From Cyanophora paradoxa CCMP329 (Eukaryota > Plantae > Glaucophyta): a stretch of DNA of 64,000 bases. The stretch covers positions 124,001-188,000 of the forward strand of contig QPMI01000478.1 of the NCBI GenBank assembly GCA_004431415.1, read 5' to 3'. Within the stretch, counting starts at the first letter, position 1, and the number at the start of each line of letters is the position of its first letter. Shown here piece after piece: positions 1 through 13,600 of the stretch. The notes below the pieces were generated by a model. The model saw nothing but the letters and a program-made list of their open reading frames with translations, was not told the origin of the DNA and ran no database searches. The position numbers and the translations under genes are program-made.

Positions 1-576
1 TCGGGAGTCGGGAGTCGGGAGTCGGGACCATCGGACCGTCGACGTCCGACGGTCGCACTCGCGCGCGAGCTCCGAATTCGGCGGCTCTGAATTCGAATTC
101 GAAGCCTCCGACTCCGATCGCGGCCGGGTCCGCCGCCGGGACTCGGGCGGCGACCGTCGGACTCGCCGGCGAGTCCGACGGTCGATGTCGACGTCGGGCC
201 GGGCCGCCCGCGGCCCGGCCGCCGCCGGGGCCCGCCGCCCGTGCACCGTGCACGCCGTGACGTTTGCCGTCACCCCGCCGTGGCACGGTGGGCCATGCAT
301 CATGATTCATGATGCATATATATGCATGGGCCCCCCGCGCCCGGCCGCGGGCCCGTGCCCGTGTCGACGTCCCGGGCCGGGCGCCGCCGCGCCGGGGCCG
401 GGGGCCGGGCCGCCGGCGCCCGGGCCGCGGCCGGCCGCGGGGGCCGCGGGTCCCCCGCCGCGCGCCGCCGGGACTCCGGGACTCCGCCGAGCCGATCGCG
501 AGTCGCGACTCGCGACCGTCGGACTCCGGACCGTTAATTAGTAATAACATCACTGACTCCGGGACGTCGACGGTAT

Positions 577-1189
577 TGTGCCGTCACGTCTCGCACGTCT
601 AGGGGAGAGACGTAGACCCACACCCTGTACAACAGAGTACAGACCTGCGATGCACTCGATCGTAGGCCGTATAGGCCAGCCCGAGTCCCAGGCAGCCCGT
701 AGCTATGAGACTGCAGGCCGCAGTGCTAGTATTAATTACAGCTGCTACGCAAGCCGAATCCGAAGCTCTGCCACGTGCACACTCTAATCGAATATAATCC
801 GAGCCTGACTAAGTCTGCCGAAGTCTGCCGACTCTGGCTATTTACTATTTAATAATTCACGTACGCGTACTGGGCTACATCGTCCCTTCAGGGCAAAACC
901 CTTCAGCCCTTGAGCGTCCTGCCACCTCGACGCACTCGAGCGCCAAACCCTTCAGCCCTTGAAGGCCAAACCTTTCAGCCCTTGAAGGCCGCTCGCCTGC
1001 CAGGCTGGTGGCCCAGTGGCCTCCGAGCGCCACGTCACCCTCCGAGTGCCCCGCCACCTTGGCCATTCGAGTGCTAGGCCCGGGGCCTCTCCTGGACCGG
1101 GTACGCCGGGCCGGCGGCCGGCCCCCCCTCAGGGCCCGCAGCGGGTACGCCCCCGCGTCGATCGCGAACTCGCGATCGCGCCCGCGACA
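577..1189 (-). repeat. LTR (3' LTR in element orientation), 613 bp
   Basis: TGTGCCG...CGCGACA; matches the split copy with only two substitutions found by eye. Confidence 0.93.
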
Positions 1190-1579
1190 TTCGCCGCAGC
1201 ACAAGAAAGCCGTCCTCGGCGTCCATCCCGCGACGTTCGCCGCAGCAAATCGAAAGTCCCCGAATATTTACATATCCACAATTTAGAAGGTTGAGCTGCC
1301 GAACAACGACATCGACCGGCTCCGTCCCTTCGAATTCGCAACTCGCAGTCGACGTCGGCCCTGCAGACGCCGCTGCCCCTCGACGTCTTGCGAGTCTGGC
1401 CCCTCCGGCCTGTGGCTGGATCCGTAGACGGCGAGAAAAGAGGGAATCCTGTGCTTCAGAACGCGGACGCCGCCGCGACGGGCACTTCCAAAATTCCCGC
1501 TCTTGTTCTCAAATCCGCCTTACGAAATCCTCCACCATTTTCGACCCGAGAATAAAATGAGCGGCCGGACGCACAGATA

Positions 1580-1742
1580 AATTGACGGTTGCTGTGGGTC
1601 CGCCGGCGATAGGTGCACTTGCACATCGAGTCGGTTGCTGACGGGTCCGCCGGCGATAGGTGCACTTGCACATCGAGTCGGTTGCTTGACGGTTGCTGAT
1701 AAATTGACGGTTGCTGTGGGTCCGCCAGACGATGGTGCACCT
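1580..1742. repeat. Short imperfect tandem repeat (about 40-50 bp) inside the LTR element
   Basis: GGGTCCGCCGGCGATAGGTGCACTTGCACATCGAGTCGGTTGCT twice, plus a partial third copy. Confidence 0.8.
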
Positions 1743-2341
1743 GAAAGGACCCGACGCCAAGCCTCACTGGCCTCAGCCCGCGACGATGATGCGCCGCGGA
1801 CGCCCTGCTCCGAGCGATGGTGCGCTCGAGCCCGCTCCGACGTCGGGTACCGAGCGCCGCCGCACTCGGATTTCAAAATGTGCCACCTGCGGTGACGAGA
1901 CGTTGAGCCCACGTCCGTCCAATGCAGGTCCGACCCGGTCACGTTCGGATGGACGACGACCTCGGGCCCTCCCGGCCCTCAACCGCCGTACGTCCCCCGT
2001 CCCACCCAGCTGTCATAGGCGCCCTCCTCGACCCGTCCTGATCAGGGCCCGGGCAGGTCCGCACCTCGGCTGTGGACGCCGGTCCACCGGACATAATCGG
2101 CACGACGCCTCCTTCCTTCCCGAAGGCAGGCCGTCGTCGGCACTGGTGCTTCTCCTTCCTGTCTCGAAAGCAAGCAAGCACCACCACAACGTTACAAATT
2201 GCAAAATCAACGAATATTTGCAGCTGACTCCGCGCGCCCTTGCTCGCGAAGCTGCAGCTGATCATGACACCCCACGCCATCTCGCGCTGGCCTTTTCGAA
2301 CTGGCGGAGACCGAACCGCCGAAAAATTAAAATATTCGAAT

Positions 2342-3634
2342 TCACGACGACTGCCCGCGGCCGTCGTCGGAGCTCCCAAAGCCGCGACGCCGCTCAACCT
2401 CCTGCTGCCAAGCCGCACGTTCCGCCTTCAATTCTTGCAGCTCGCGCTGAAGCTTCCAGCGGCAAACGTCGGTGTTGTGCGAGCTGCTCTTGCACTCCAC
2501 ACACCAGCGTCCGTCACCACGCCGCTGAACAAAATTCCCAGCATCATCATCCCCGTCGCTGTCGCTGCTGTCATAATTGTCGCTTGAATCCTGATCCTGC
2601 TCACGATCGTCCTCCGACTCGGAACCGTCGCCGCCCGACGTCGACGTCGACGCCTTGCGCTTCGACCCGACGTTGTTGACAGCATTTACAGGTTCACACC
2701 CCGAGCTTGCTGCGGCTGCCACCTGAGCCGAGCTAGCGCTGGTCCCGGCTGCAGCCAGCAACACGTTCGCCTGTCGAAGCCTGATTGAAAGCTCGTTGAA
2801 CGACCTCACCCGCCGAAAGAATTCATTGCCCCACTCAACAATATCCTGGCGAGCTGCCTCCGGAATTTTGCAGATGAGCTTCATCATCGCCACCGACGTG
2901 ATGACATCAGCCGACATAATCTCAGCGATGAGGATCTCATCCGAATAATCAAGCTGCAGTAGACGACGAAATACAACGACGCTGTTCACAAAAGACTGAG
3001 CGTCCAACTCTGTTGGGTCGCTCAAAGTTGAGAAATGATTGCCAGCCGACTTCACAACATTGCGTAGGAGCTCAAACTTGTTGCCAGGCACCATGCCAAT
3101 TAAATGTGCACGAATCTGAGTCCACGACGCCATATCCAAGACGCCTAAATCCGACTTAGTTGACATCGCCCCCAGCACAGCAGCGTTGAAGGCCCCGCCA
3201 ACAGGATCAATTGCGCCGCGTTGCAGAGCTGACACCGCGAGCTCCGCCAAGACAGTATCAGGGTCAGAATATTTCGGAGGCCGCACAGGCCAAGTGCCCA
3301 GCCGCTCCACCGACATTATCCACGATAGAAGCCCCGCCTGCGACAAGACAGAAATATTCTCCGCGAGAGAGTTCAACTCGCGCCGCTGAGCGTGCTGCTT
3401 CATATCGACCCTCAGCGCGTCCAGCGCATCCCGCAGGACCAACGCCGTCTCGGCCCCGGCCTCACGATCAAGCCCCTGCCGCTCGCCTCCGTCGGCGCCA
3501 TCCTGCTCCTCGAGCTCGCCCTCGACGGGTTCGTGCTCAGCCCGCTCATGATCAGCCTCGAGCCCCTCCTCCGCAGCAGCTGCGGCCGCGGCCGCATCCG
3601 CAGCCCGCGCCCCAGATCGCCGTGTCCGCGCCAT
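2342..3634 (-). CDS. gag: Gag-like protein with CCHC zinc knuckle
   Basis: Intronless ORF (probable start MARTRR at 3634) containing CVECKSSSHNTDVC = C-x2-C-x4-H-x4-C, located between the LTRs. Confidence 0.85.
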   Translation of the reverse strand: MARTRRSGARAADAAAAAAAAEEGLEADHERAEHEPVEGELEEQDGADGGERQGLDREAGAETALVLRDALDALRVDMKQHAQRRELNSLAENISVLSQAGLLSWIMSVERLGTWPVRPPKYSDPDTVLAELAVSALQRGAIDPVGGAFNAAVLGAMSTKSDLGVLDMASWTQIRAHLIGMVPGNKFELLRNVVKSAGNHFSTLSDPTELDAQSFVNSVVVFRRLLQLDYSDEILIAEIMSADVITSVAMMKLICKIPEAARQDIVEWGNEFFRRVRSFNELSIRLRQANVLLAAAGTSASSAQVAAAASSGCEPVNAVNNVGSKRKASTSTSGGDGSESEDDREQDQDSSDNYDSSDSDGDDDAGNFVQRRGDGRWCVECKSSSHNTDVCRWKLQRELQELKAERAAWQQEVERRRGFGSSDDGRGQSS

Positions 3635-4500
3635 CGATATCGAGATATAAATCGAAATCGACCCGCAGCCGATCGCTAGCACGTGTTCGCACGCGTACAC
3701 CGTCCGCCCCGCGCACGCCGGCGCGCCCCCGCGATCGTCCGGCCCAGCAGCTAGCGCTGCAAGACACTCGCGATCGCCGATCCGTGCCCAAACTCGAGCT
3801 CGCAGCCCGCCACGGCCTTGCGCGCGCGCGCCCGGCCCGCGCCGCTCGCCGTCCGAGAGTCACGCCGCCCGCGCGCCCACGATCGCGACCGTCCGGCAGC
3901 CGCCGACGGCCCCCTCGAGCTCGCCTGCACGTGTGCGCCCGCGCGCGACGGCCCCGATCGATTGCAATATTAATTGCACGCCGCCCGCAACGTCGGCACG
4001 CCGGCAGCTACAGCCCGCAGCTAGCGCTGTAGCTCCGCACGCGTCCGCGGTCCCGCTCCCGCAGCTCCGAGCCCGACCAGCGCCACTCCACGCGAAGTTT
4101 TGCAGCTCCGGCTCAAGCGTACGCTCGCAAGCTGCGATGGAACAGCTGCGCTCGCGCCCCGAACGAGCCCATGTCAGGACAGCATCTCGGCGCGCACATG
4201 CGCCTTGAGAGAGTCCGAATTCGACGCTATATATCGGCCTGGCAGCGCCCGCGGCCGCAGAATTCGGAAGGGACAAGCACGCATCTTTTAGAAGGGTGCG
4301 CGGCGATGCCCAGAGATCGCTCACCCATGATCGAGCAAGGGGTCGCCGAGATGATAGCATCACGATAATGCGCAAAAGGCTCAAGATCAGTTCACGGCGC
4401 GCTGTGAGGGAACGCGCGCGCGTCCGCGCGCGAGGGAAGCTTAAGCTTAGGATCCCTCGAACTCGAGCTCGAGTTCCGAAGTTAGAGAGAACTTTTGAGC

Positions 4501-4508
4501 AGCCCCCA
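4501..4508 (-). promoter_or_regulatory. Possible primer-binding site (tRNA-Pro-like)
   Basis: TGGGGGCT lies 5 nt inside the 5' LTR on the minus strand and equals the first 8 nt of the classical tRNA-Pro PBS; the match is short. Confidence 0.35.
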
Positions 4509-4513
4509 AATCG

Positions 4514-4997
4514 TGTGCCGTCACGTCTCGCACGTCTAGGGGAGAGACGTAGACCCACACCCTGTACAACAGAGTACAGACCTTCGATGCACTCGATCGT
4601 AGGCCGTATAGGCCAGCCCGAGTCCCAGGCAGCCCGTAGCTATGAGACTGCAGACCGCAGTGCTAGTATTAATTACAGCTGCTACGCAAGCCGAATCCGA
4701 AGCTCTGCCACGTGCACACTCTAATCGAATATAATCCGAGCCTGACTAAGTCTGCCGAAGTCTGCCGACTCTGGCTATTTACTATTTAATAATTCACGTA
4801 CGCGTACTGGGCTACATCGTCCCTTCAGGGCAAAACCCTTCAGCCCTTGAGCGTCCTGCCACCTCGACGCACTCGAGCGCCAAACCCTTCAGCCCTTGAA
4901 GGCCAAACCTTTCAGCCCTTGAAGGCCGCTCGCCTGCCAGGCTGGTGGCCCAGTGGCCTCCGAGCGCCACGTCACCCTCCGAGTGCCCCGCCACCTT
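4514..4997 (-). repeat. Second LTR, left fragment
   Basis: Near-identical to 577-1060; breaks at ...CCACCTT|CACTG. Confidence 0.93.
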
Positions 4998-5035
4998 CAC
5001 TGGGGCTTAAGAAAGTCTGTTTCCCGGGGGAAACA
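4998..5035 (+). repeat. Left TIR
   Basis: CACTGGGGCTTAAGAAAGTCTGTTTCCCGGGGGAAACA. Confidence 0.92.
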
Positions 5036-5807
5036 GTCACATGTTTCCCGGCTAGCCGGGAAACATGCGCCAGTTTCCCGGGAGGTGGGAAACAGAGCTG
5101 CAACCTGGTCGTGAGGCGAGTCAGCAGCGCGGGGGCGCAGCGCTGTGCCACTGCGTACACTGACCTTAGCTACATAGCTGAGGATGGCGCCGCAAAGAGC
5201 CGATGGCCAGATTGGCCCGGTTGGCCGTTTGCTGCTGTGACCGGGTTCGTCAAGAAAACGAGCGCGCGCCACCAAAGCGCGCGGTTCAAAGTTGCTTACA
5301 GCTCATTTGGAGACGTTCTAGACTGCTAAAACGTGTGCTTTGGGGTTGGCGTGGTCCGCCGATCAAATGTTGGGCAGAGCCCGGAACGCATCGGTGGCGC
5401 GCCATTCTGCTGCAGAAGTGCTTTGATGTGATCGATAAAGCAAACTCGAGACCCGCGGCTCGCGCCGGAGAGCGATCTGTGTAACGTGCTGGTCGGGAAA
5501 CACCAGGTGGGAAACGCGGGCGAGTTGCATGGCTTGGCCAACTACGTCACCGGCGCTCGCTGGGAGTCCAGAACGACGCCTACACATCGTCTGGTGCTTA
5601 GATGCAACGCTTAGATGGTTGAATAGCGCCGCTTTTCAACCTGTCTGGCTTGACGACGTCGTGCTGTGTTTCCTATCGGGCTCCTCCCCCCCCTTTGAAG
5701 CTGTATCCCTGCTAGCCAGGAAACGTCTGCGCATGCAGCCCTGCTGAAGTTGCTGTTTCTCGTCCAGGATGCTATGTGCCTAAATGCGATGACGTTCACG
5801 TTGTGAC

Positions 5808-6659
5808 TTGAATTCGGCCATGGCTGAGGTGCGACGTACCTTGCGCACATGCATTCGTTTCTTAGGGAAACATCTCGCACCCAATTCCAAAGCACCGCTA
5901 AACAGCTCCCACGTGCAGGATGCAGATCAAAATCTGGGGAATGCAAACAAGGGCCGTTGCGGCTATCGATCTCAGCGGGCGGAGCCAAACGAGTTCGAAG
6001 GTCCGCGACACATGAACAAAACAAAGTACAACGGGGGACTCAGCAAATGTTTCTGTGCTGATTGCAAAGGCCTCGTTGTGCCGACATGGAAGCAAGACCT
6101 TCATCTTGAGCGCATCACTGGCCATGATCATACATTTACAGTGCCACCGAGCCCAATGGAGGAGATGGAGGCGGCTGAAGGGCTCTGTGCATTGAAATCG
6201 CCATCGTCCACTGCCGGCTGCCGATTGCAACAGACAATGCAATCTTCAGCTGCCGGCTGCCCAGCTATAGGACATGTACAGCCAGATCACGATCGCGAGC
6301 CATCAACTGCAACTGCTGCATGGCTGGCAGCTTGTGCACGCCTCTTTAGAGCCGCAGCAATCACAGCATTCTCATCGAGGGGTGCCGATCCCAGGACATT
6401 TATGCACTGCATCTTGTGTGGCACCACTAACCAAGGCATGTTCCCACAAGCACCGCTTGCATGGCCAGTGCATGACGAGTGTCACCGGTGCGATAATATG
6501 CAGTCACTTCATTCTAAGATCCGACTAGGGTCGAAGCCGCAGTTGGAGATTGTGCCTCCCCTGCATCAATCGCAATCCTGTGGAATAAGATCTGTTGCGA
6601 ATGCAAATATGCATGATCTGTTGCGAGCGCCGCTTGCCCACCAGCTGCAGACCCGATGA
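5808..6659 (+). other. Possible element-encoded ORF or remnant with a CxCxxC...HL motif
   Basis: KCFCADCKGLVVPTWKQDLHL resembles the Cys/His motif of the CACTA transposase-associated domain; the rest of the ORF is unrecognised. Confidence 0.3.
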
Positions 6660-6671
6660 TGCCCCATGGGA

Positions 6672-9600
6672 TAGCCGCTCGCCCCCCCGGTGCAGTACTA
6701 TAGCTAGCGATAGTGCGGCAACGCCTGATCATGATCATAAGTACTGAAAACTAGCTTCCAAGGCTCTCTGTGAGGTTGCTCGCTTTAAACGAGTACTTGC
6801 TTCGAAATGAATGATGCTACTGATCATGATCATGACCTTCGTCATGCACTCTAATCGGCCGCCTCATGATCACGACGTCGGACTGGAATCACTGAATCAA
6901 AAACGACCCACGCCGCCATCGCCAGAGCCGACCGCCCGAGATGGCGATCACTCTAGATCAGCGATGTGCGGCTCAGGCCGCAAACGAGCAGTTGCAGGAG
7001 TTGCAGCTACGATGATGCTAACCGGATTTACGAAATGGGAGAGCCGCTCGCCCCCCCGGTGCAGTACTAGCGATAGTGCGGCAATGCCTGATCATGATCA
7101 TGAGTACTCAAATCTAGCGTCCAAGGCTCTCTGCGAGGTTGCCCGCTTTAAACGAGTACTTGCTCCAAAATGAATGATGCTACTGATCATGATCATGACC
7201 TTCGTCATGCACTCTAATCGGGTGCCTCACGACGTCGGACTGGAATCACTGAATCAGAAACGGCCAGCGCCTCCAGATAAAGAGCCGACCGCCCAAGATG
7301 GCGATCACTCTAGATCAGCGATGTGCGGCTCAGGCCGCAAACGAGCAGTTGCAGGAGATGCAGCTACGATGATGCTAACCGGATTTACGAAATGGAAGAG
7401 CCGCTCGCCCTCCCGGTGCAGTACTAGCGATAGTGCGGCAACGCCTGATCATGATCATGAGTACTGAAAACTAGCTTCCAAGGCTCTCTGCGAAGTTGCC
7501 CGCTTTAAACGAGTACTTGCTTCGAAATGAATGATGCTACTGACCTTCGCCATGCATTCTGATCGGCCGCCTCCCTACTGGAATCACTGAATCAGAAACG
7601 GCCAGCGCCTCCAGATAAAGAGCCGACCGCCCAAGATGGCGATCACTCTAGATCAGCGATGTGCGGCTCAGGCCGCAAGCGAGCAGTTGCAGGAGTTGCA
7701 CTGCGGCAGCTACGATGATGCTAACCGGATTTACGAAATGGGAGAGCCGCTCGCCCCCCCGGTGCAGTACTAGCGATAGTGTGGCAACGCCTGATCATGA
7801 TCATGAGTACTCAAATCTAGCGTCCAAGGCTCGAGCTCTCTGCGAGGTTGCCCGCTTTAAACGAGTACTTGCTCCGAAATTAATGGTGCTACTGATCATG
7901 ATCATGACCTTCGTCGTGCACTCTAATCGGCCGCCTCACGACGTCGGACTGGAATCACCGAATCAATTGCAAAAACTACCCACGTGCACGCCGCCATCGC
8001 CAGAGCCGACCGCCCAAGATGGCGATCACTCTAGATCAGCGATGTGCGGCTCAGGCCGCAAACGAGCAGTTGCAGGAGTTGTAGCTACGATGATGCTAAC
8101 CGGATTTACGAAATGGGAGAGCCGCTCGCCCCCCCGGTGCAGTACTAGCGATAGTGTGGCAACGCCTGATCATGATCATGAGTACTCAAATCTAGCGTCC
8201 AAGGCTCGAGCTCTCTGCGAGGTTGCCCGCTTTAAACGAGTACTTGCTCCGAAATTAATGGTGCTACTGATCATGATCATGACCTTCGTCGTGCACTCTA
8301 ATCGGCCGCCTCACGACGTCGGACTGGAATCACCGAATCAATTGCAAAAACTACCCACGTGCACGCCGCCATCGCCAGAGCCGACCGCCCAAGATGGCGA
8401 TCACTCTAGATCAGCGATGTGCGGCTCAGGCCGCAAACGAGCAGTTGCAGGAGTTGTAGCTACGATGATGCTAACCGGATTTACGAAATGGGAGAGCCGC
8501 TCGCCCCCCCGGTGCAGTACTAGCGATAGTGCGGCAATGCCTGATCATCATCATGAGTACTCAAATCTAGCGTCCAAGGCTCTCTGCGAGGTTGCCCGCT
8601 TTAAACGAGTACTTGCTCCAAAATGAATGATGCTACTGATCATGATCATGACCTTCGTCATGCACTCTAATTGGGTGCCTCACGACGTCGGACTGGAATC
8701 ACTGAATCAAAAACGACCCACTCCGCCATCGCCAGAGCCGACCGCCCGAGATGGCGATCACTCTAGATCAGCGATGTGCGGCTCAGGCCGCAAACGAGCA
8801 GTTGCAGGAGTTGCAGCTCAGCGGCTACGATGATGCTAACTGGATTTACGAAATGGGAGAGCCGCTCGCCCCCCCGGTGCAGTACTAGCGATAGTGTGGC
8901 AACGCCTGATCATGATCATGAGTACTGAAAACTAGCTTCCAAGGCTCTCTGCGAAGTTGCCCGCTTTAAACGAGTACTTGCTTCGAAATGAATGATGCTA
9001 CTGACCTTCGCCATGCATTCTGATCGGCCGCCTCCCTACTGGAATCACTGAATCAGAAACGGCCAGCGCCTCCAGATAAAGAGCCGACCGCCCAAGATGG
9101 CGATCACTCTAGATCAGCGATGTGCGGCTCAGGCCGCAAACGAGCAGTTGCAGGAGTTGCAGCTACGATGATGCTAACCGGATTTACGAAATGGAAGAGC
9201 CGCTCGCGCTCCCGGTGCAGTACTAGCGATAGTGCGGCAACGCCTGATCATGATCATGAGTACTGAAAACTAGCTTCCAAGGCTCTCTGCGAAGTTGCCC
9301 GCTTTAAACGAGTACTTGCTTCGAAATGAATGATGCTACTGACCTTCGCCATGCATTCTGATCGGCCGCCTCCCTACTGGAATCACTGAATCAGAAACGG
9401 CCAGCGCCTCCAGATAAAGAGCCGACCGCCCAAGATGGCGATCACTCTAGATCAGCGATGTGCGGCTCAGGCCGCAAGCGAGCAGTTGCAGGAGTTGCAC
9501 TGCGGCAGCTACGATGATGCTAACCGGATTTACGAAATGGGAGAGCCGCTCGCCCCCCCGGTGCAGTACTAGCGATAGTGTGGCAATGCCTGATCATGAT

Positions 9601-10190
9601 CATGAGTACTCAAATCTAGCGTCCAAGGCTCGAGCTCTCTGCGAGGTTGCCCGCTTTAAACGAGTACTTGCTCCGAAATTAATGGTGCTACTGATCATGA
9701 TCATGACCTTCGTCGTGCACTCTAATCGGCCGCCTCACGACGTCGGACTGGAATCACCGAATCAATTGCAAAAACTACCCACGTGCACGCCGCCATCGCC
9801 AGAGCCGACCGCCCAAGATGGCGATCACTCTAGATCAGCGATGTGCGGCTCAGGCCGCAAACGAGCAGTTGCAGGAGTTGTAGCTACGATGATGCTAACC
9901 GGATTTACGAAATGGGAGAGCCGCTCGCCCCCCCGGTGCAGTACTAGCGATAGTGCGGCAATGCCTGATCATCATCATGAGTACTCAAATCTAGCGTCCA
10001 AGGCTCTCTGCGAGGTTGCCCGCTTTAAACGAGTACTTGCTCCAAAATGAATGATGCTACTGATCATGATCATGACCTTCGTCATGCAATCTAATCGGCC
10101 GCCTCACGACGTCGGACTGGAATCACTGAATCAAAAACGACCCACTCCGCCATCGCCAGAGCCGACCGCCCGAGATGGCGATCACTCTAG
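6672..10190 (-). repeat. Tandem array 1: about 10 units of about 340-380 bp
   Basis: GATCACTCTAG recurs 10 times between 6946 and 10190; several unit subtypes are present. Confidence 0.95.
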
Positions 10191-10606
10191 CGATGGCCGT
10201 TGGGCTGGAATCACTGAATCACGACACTAGCTACTAGCTAGTAATCTAGATCTATAGCTAGTGTCGACTCCCGATCCGACTTCATGATCATGATCCGACC
10301 CTGCACGAGGAGGGCGTAAAGGGCACAAAGGGAAGCTCCAACTATAGCTAGGCGTCCATCACGAATAGCGGAGCCCGTGAGGCGGCGTAATGCAATCGCC
10401 GTGATGTGCACTGCGCGACAGACACAACGGCTCGCCCAGGTGATTCCGGGGCGTGATGCTACGCGGGTAGTGGCCCATTCCAATACGTATACCTATAGAT
10501 TGCAAGCTCACCGAGCCCCGATCATGATCTGTGGCTACGCCATATGCATCATGCCAGCTCACAGCAAGACTGCTAAAGCTTGCTATAGCTGTACATGCGG
10601 TCTCAT

Positions 10607-13600
10607 CTATCTCCTCTGAAGGCCCCGTCTGCCCAGGGACTCTGCAAAATCACGATCAGATACTTCAGTTGCAGATCAATGTTGGATTGCATCTGTTGCA
10701 CACACCAATGTCGAAATCAATTGGGAATATATACCGATGAAATGTAGACTTGTCTGCAGCGGGCTGCACTGACACTCCGAGTGTTGGGACACTTGGTGGC
10801 ATAGCAAAGAGAAACCCTGCATTGCAAATGACTCAAATCTGATTGCAATTCAAAATATACAGTTGCAGTTTAACGTTGGACACGTTACCCCTTACCCGCA
10901 TGAGAAATTCTGGAAGGGAGTTCGTCTTGAATGATTTCTTGAATCTTGCCTCGAATCGTTTCTGCTCCCACCTGAAGGTCTTTAAAGAATCTGAAGTTGG
11001 CTTTTCGCATCCTGCAAACTGCGATAGATGTCAGAAAATTAAGTACGAGTGGACGCTTACAATTATAATCGCTGACGTTCATCGAGAAGCCATGAAGTTT
11101 GCAAAAGCGCGAAACGATATGGCTGAGTGGTGACAGCATCTGCGGGATTTTCAATTGCAAACCTGTACATGTATTGAGCAGCGACGTTGGGCAGCCTGTA
11201 GTACCTATATGATGCTGTGCAAAATTCCTGGCAGAGATGTTGAAAGTCCGTTCCCAGGGATCTACTTCACCAGGCATTCGTTCCACCTAATTATAAGCAT
11301 GTGCACCGATCGCAAGCTTGAGTATTCATGATCGTGCAAGCGAGATGTATATCGCAGTATCTATATAGAGTTTGCAGAGTTGCGCACGAGAATGAACGAC
11401 GGAATCAACATCTTGCCCGTAACCACGCCATGGACGTAGAATGGACCGAGGCCGCGTTTGGTTGCAGCACTCACGAATTGCTCAAAAGCGAAGAAAGACA
11501 ATCCAGTTCGACAAGCACCTACATATGCGCTAAATTAGGCAAGCCAGCTCTTTCCGTGAAAATGTTTAATGCAGATTTTAGAGCGAGCATGAACCTGTCA
11601 GTGATTCATCGAAGACAAGTGCAATGCTGAACTTCTGGCAGATTGCCGACAGCTGCACAAGAAAATCCAGCGACATGTAGCGAATTCCCTTCTCGCCATC
11701 CATTTGGATGGCCTCACAGATAATGATCTGGTTGCAATAAGTTTCGAAACAGCTTCATGCGCATGCCAACGTACTTTTATAGGCAGCTTTGAAAAAGGGT
11801 GCGACATTGTGAGCTCTTCCTTAGTGACACTTGCACTTCTTTTGATGCGTTGTTGAACGATCTATAGATAGATAGCCGGCATCAGGTGCGTGTGATCATG
11901 ATCATCTGTGCACTTGCATATGAAATTATAAGCTTAAGCTACATACCTTGCGAATGTCTTGAATGGCCTTGCGAACAGCCCCAGCATTGGCTTTAGGTGG
12001 CTGCTCACTGGGATGACGGTCGTCGTACACGCAAGGAATGACGAGATGGTCTTCCCTTTAAACAGTCCCAGTTAGCCGGTTTCACTTTGCAAATTGGCTT
12101 TAGGGGATTTAATCAAAGCCTCCACAGCTTCAGACGAACCGTCCATTGAATGCACCAGCAGGCCTGGGCTCTCGCCTGCCAACATTCGTTCCAAGCGCGC
12201 CCCTTGATGTTCCCCAGCAATCTTGTGCCCAAACGTACGCTCCCATATCGAATTCGAACTCGGGGTTTGTGCGCTTGCACATCCTTGAAATCTGATTGTA
12301 CGTTTCAATGTTTCAAGAGTAAGGTTGCTTAAAAAGAAAACAAGCGCACCAGGCAAGCAATCTCATTGATTACCGATTCTTGGTCAGAGGTGCTTCCAGT
12401 GTTTGCAAGTGTCCCAAATCCGTAGCCCTCTGCCAGCGTGCTGAGGTCATTGTCAATCTTTCTCCTTAGAGCTGTGATATCCTCTGCAAAAAAGTTATTA
12501 AAAAAGAAGCAGAGTCAACGTTAAGATTGCAGCAAATTAAATTTCGATATTGAAAATACCGTTTGAAGAATAACAAGAATGCGTGCTCGAGCTGAAGTCA
12601 ACGTTGTCGTGCACTAAAGATGGGGCAGCCATTGGATCTGATAGTACATGCCGAATGAATCTGAGGAAACATTGAATAAGATATCGCAGAAATTGATTAA
12701 TTGTATTAATATTACAGGAAAGAATAAATCAATCGCAATCACTTGGCGTTCATCTCATCAGTGTGTTCCGGTTGCGAGAGCACTGATGAGATGGATGAGC
12801 CCCACGCGCCGAAAAAATCGTGCTTGCGTGCATTGTAGATGGATCTCCACTGCCGATCGTGATTCAACCGGCCTTGAAAAATCTCCACAGCAACTTCTGG
12901 TGCAAGGCGGGACCAAGGGGAGCTGGAGCTCCTGTCCCGCATCTTGGATTCAGAGCTGGCCATGGGACTTGAGCTCCGTTCAGATACTCGAAGGAGTGCT
13001 AGAAGCTCGGTGATGTTGCTGCCTGAAAACGAACCACATGCACTGATATCGATATGCGAGCCGTAAATGTAATTATAAGATGCAAATATGCTGCGTCATA
13101 CACATAGCGTGGACTCACCGAAAAACTTTCAATGCTTCTTGAGGACTATAAAGTTCACTGAAGCCGAGAAGCACAATATAAGCCAGGGCGATGGGGTCCG
13201 TCAAATAGTTTGCCAGAATTGTCTTCATCACCCTGTAAATGTCAACGAGAACAAATTAAGAAAGGAGAAAATAGGGACGGAATTGAAAATCAATATTAAC
13301 ACTGACTGCATGGTAGCTTTCAAGATGCCTGTTGTTGCAGACAAAGATTCCAGATCCGATCGCAATTTTCGAAGCAGCTCTAATTCCGGATCGATTCGTT
13401 GCTGTGATCGTCCTGCCATGCATGTGAGCCTTAATTATATAATTAGATCAATTCAAACGGCTGTGCACCTTGATCATCAGCATTATCCAACATGTACATG
13501 TGCTCATGATCAGCACCTCCAGCTGCACACGATCGCGATCCAGCCGGCACATTCACCTCCAAGTTGCCTGTATGTATATATGTGCCATTTGCATTGCTTT

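Noticed and set aside
1-572. Telomeric repeat or gene at the window start
   Set aside because: Only about 4 TCGGGAG units; the ORFs are GC-rich low-complexity shadows.
6807-6825. Box C/D snoRNA in the array unit (ATGATG...CTGA)
   Set aside because: Box C is imperfect, the spacing is too short and there is no terminal stem.
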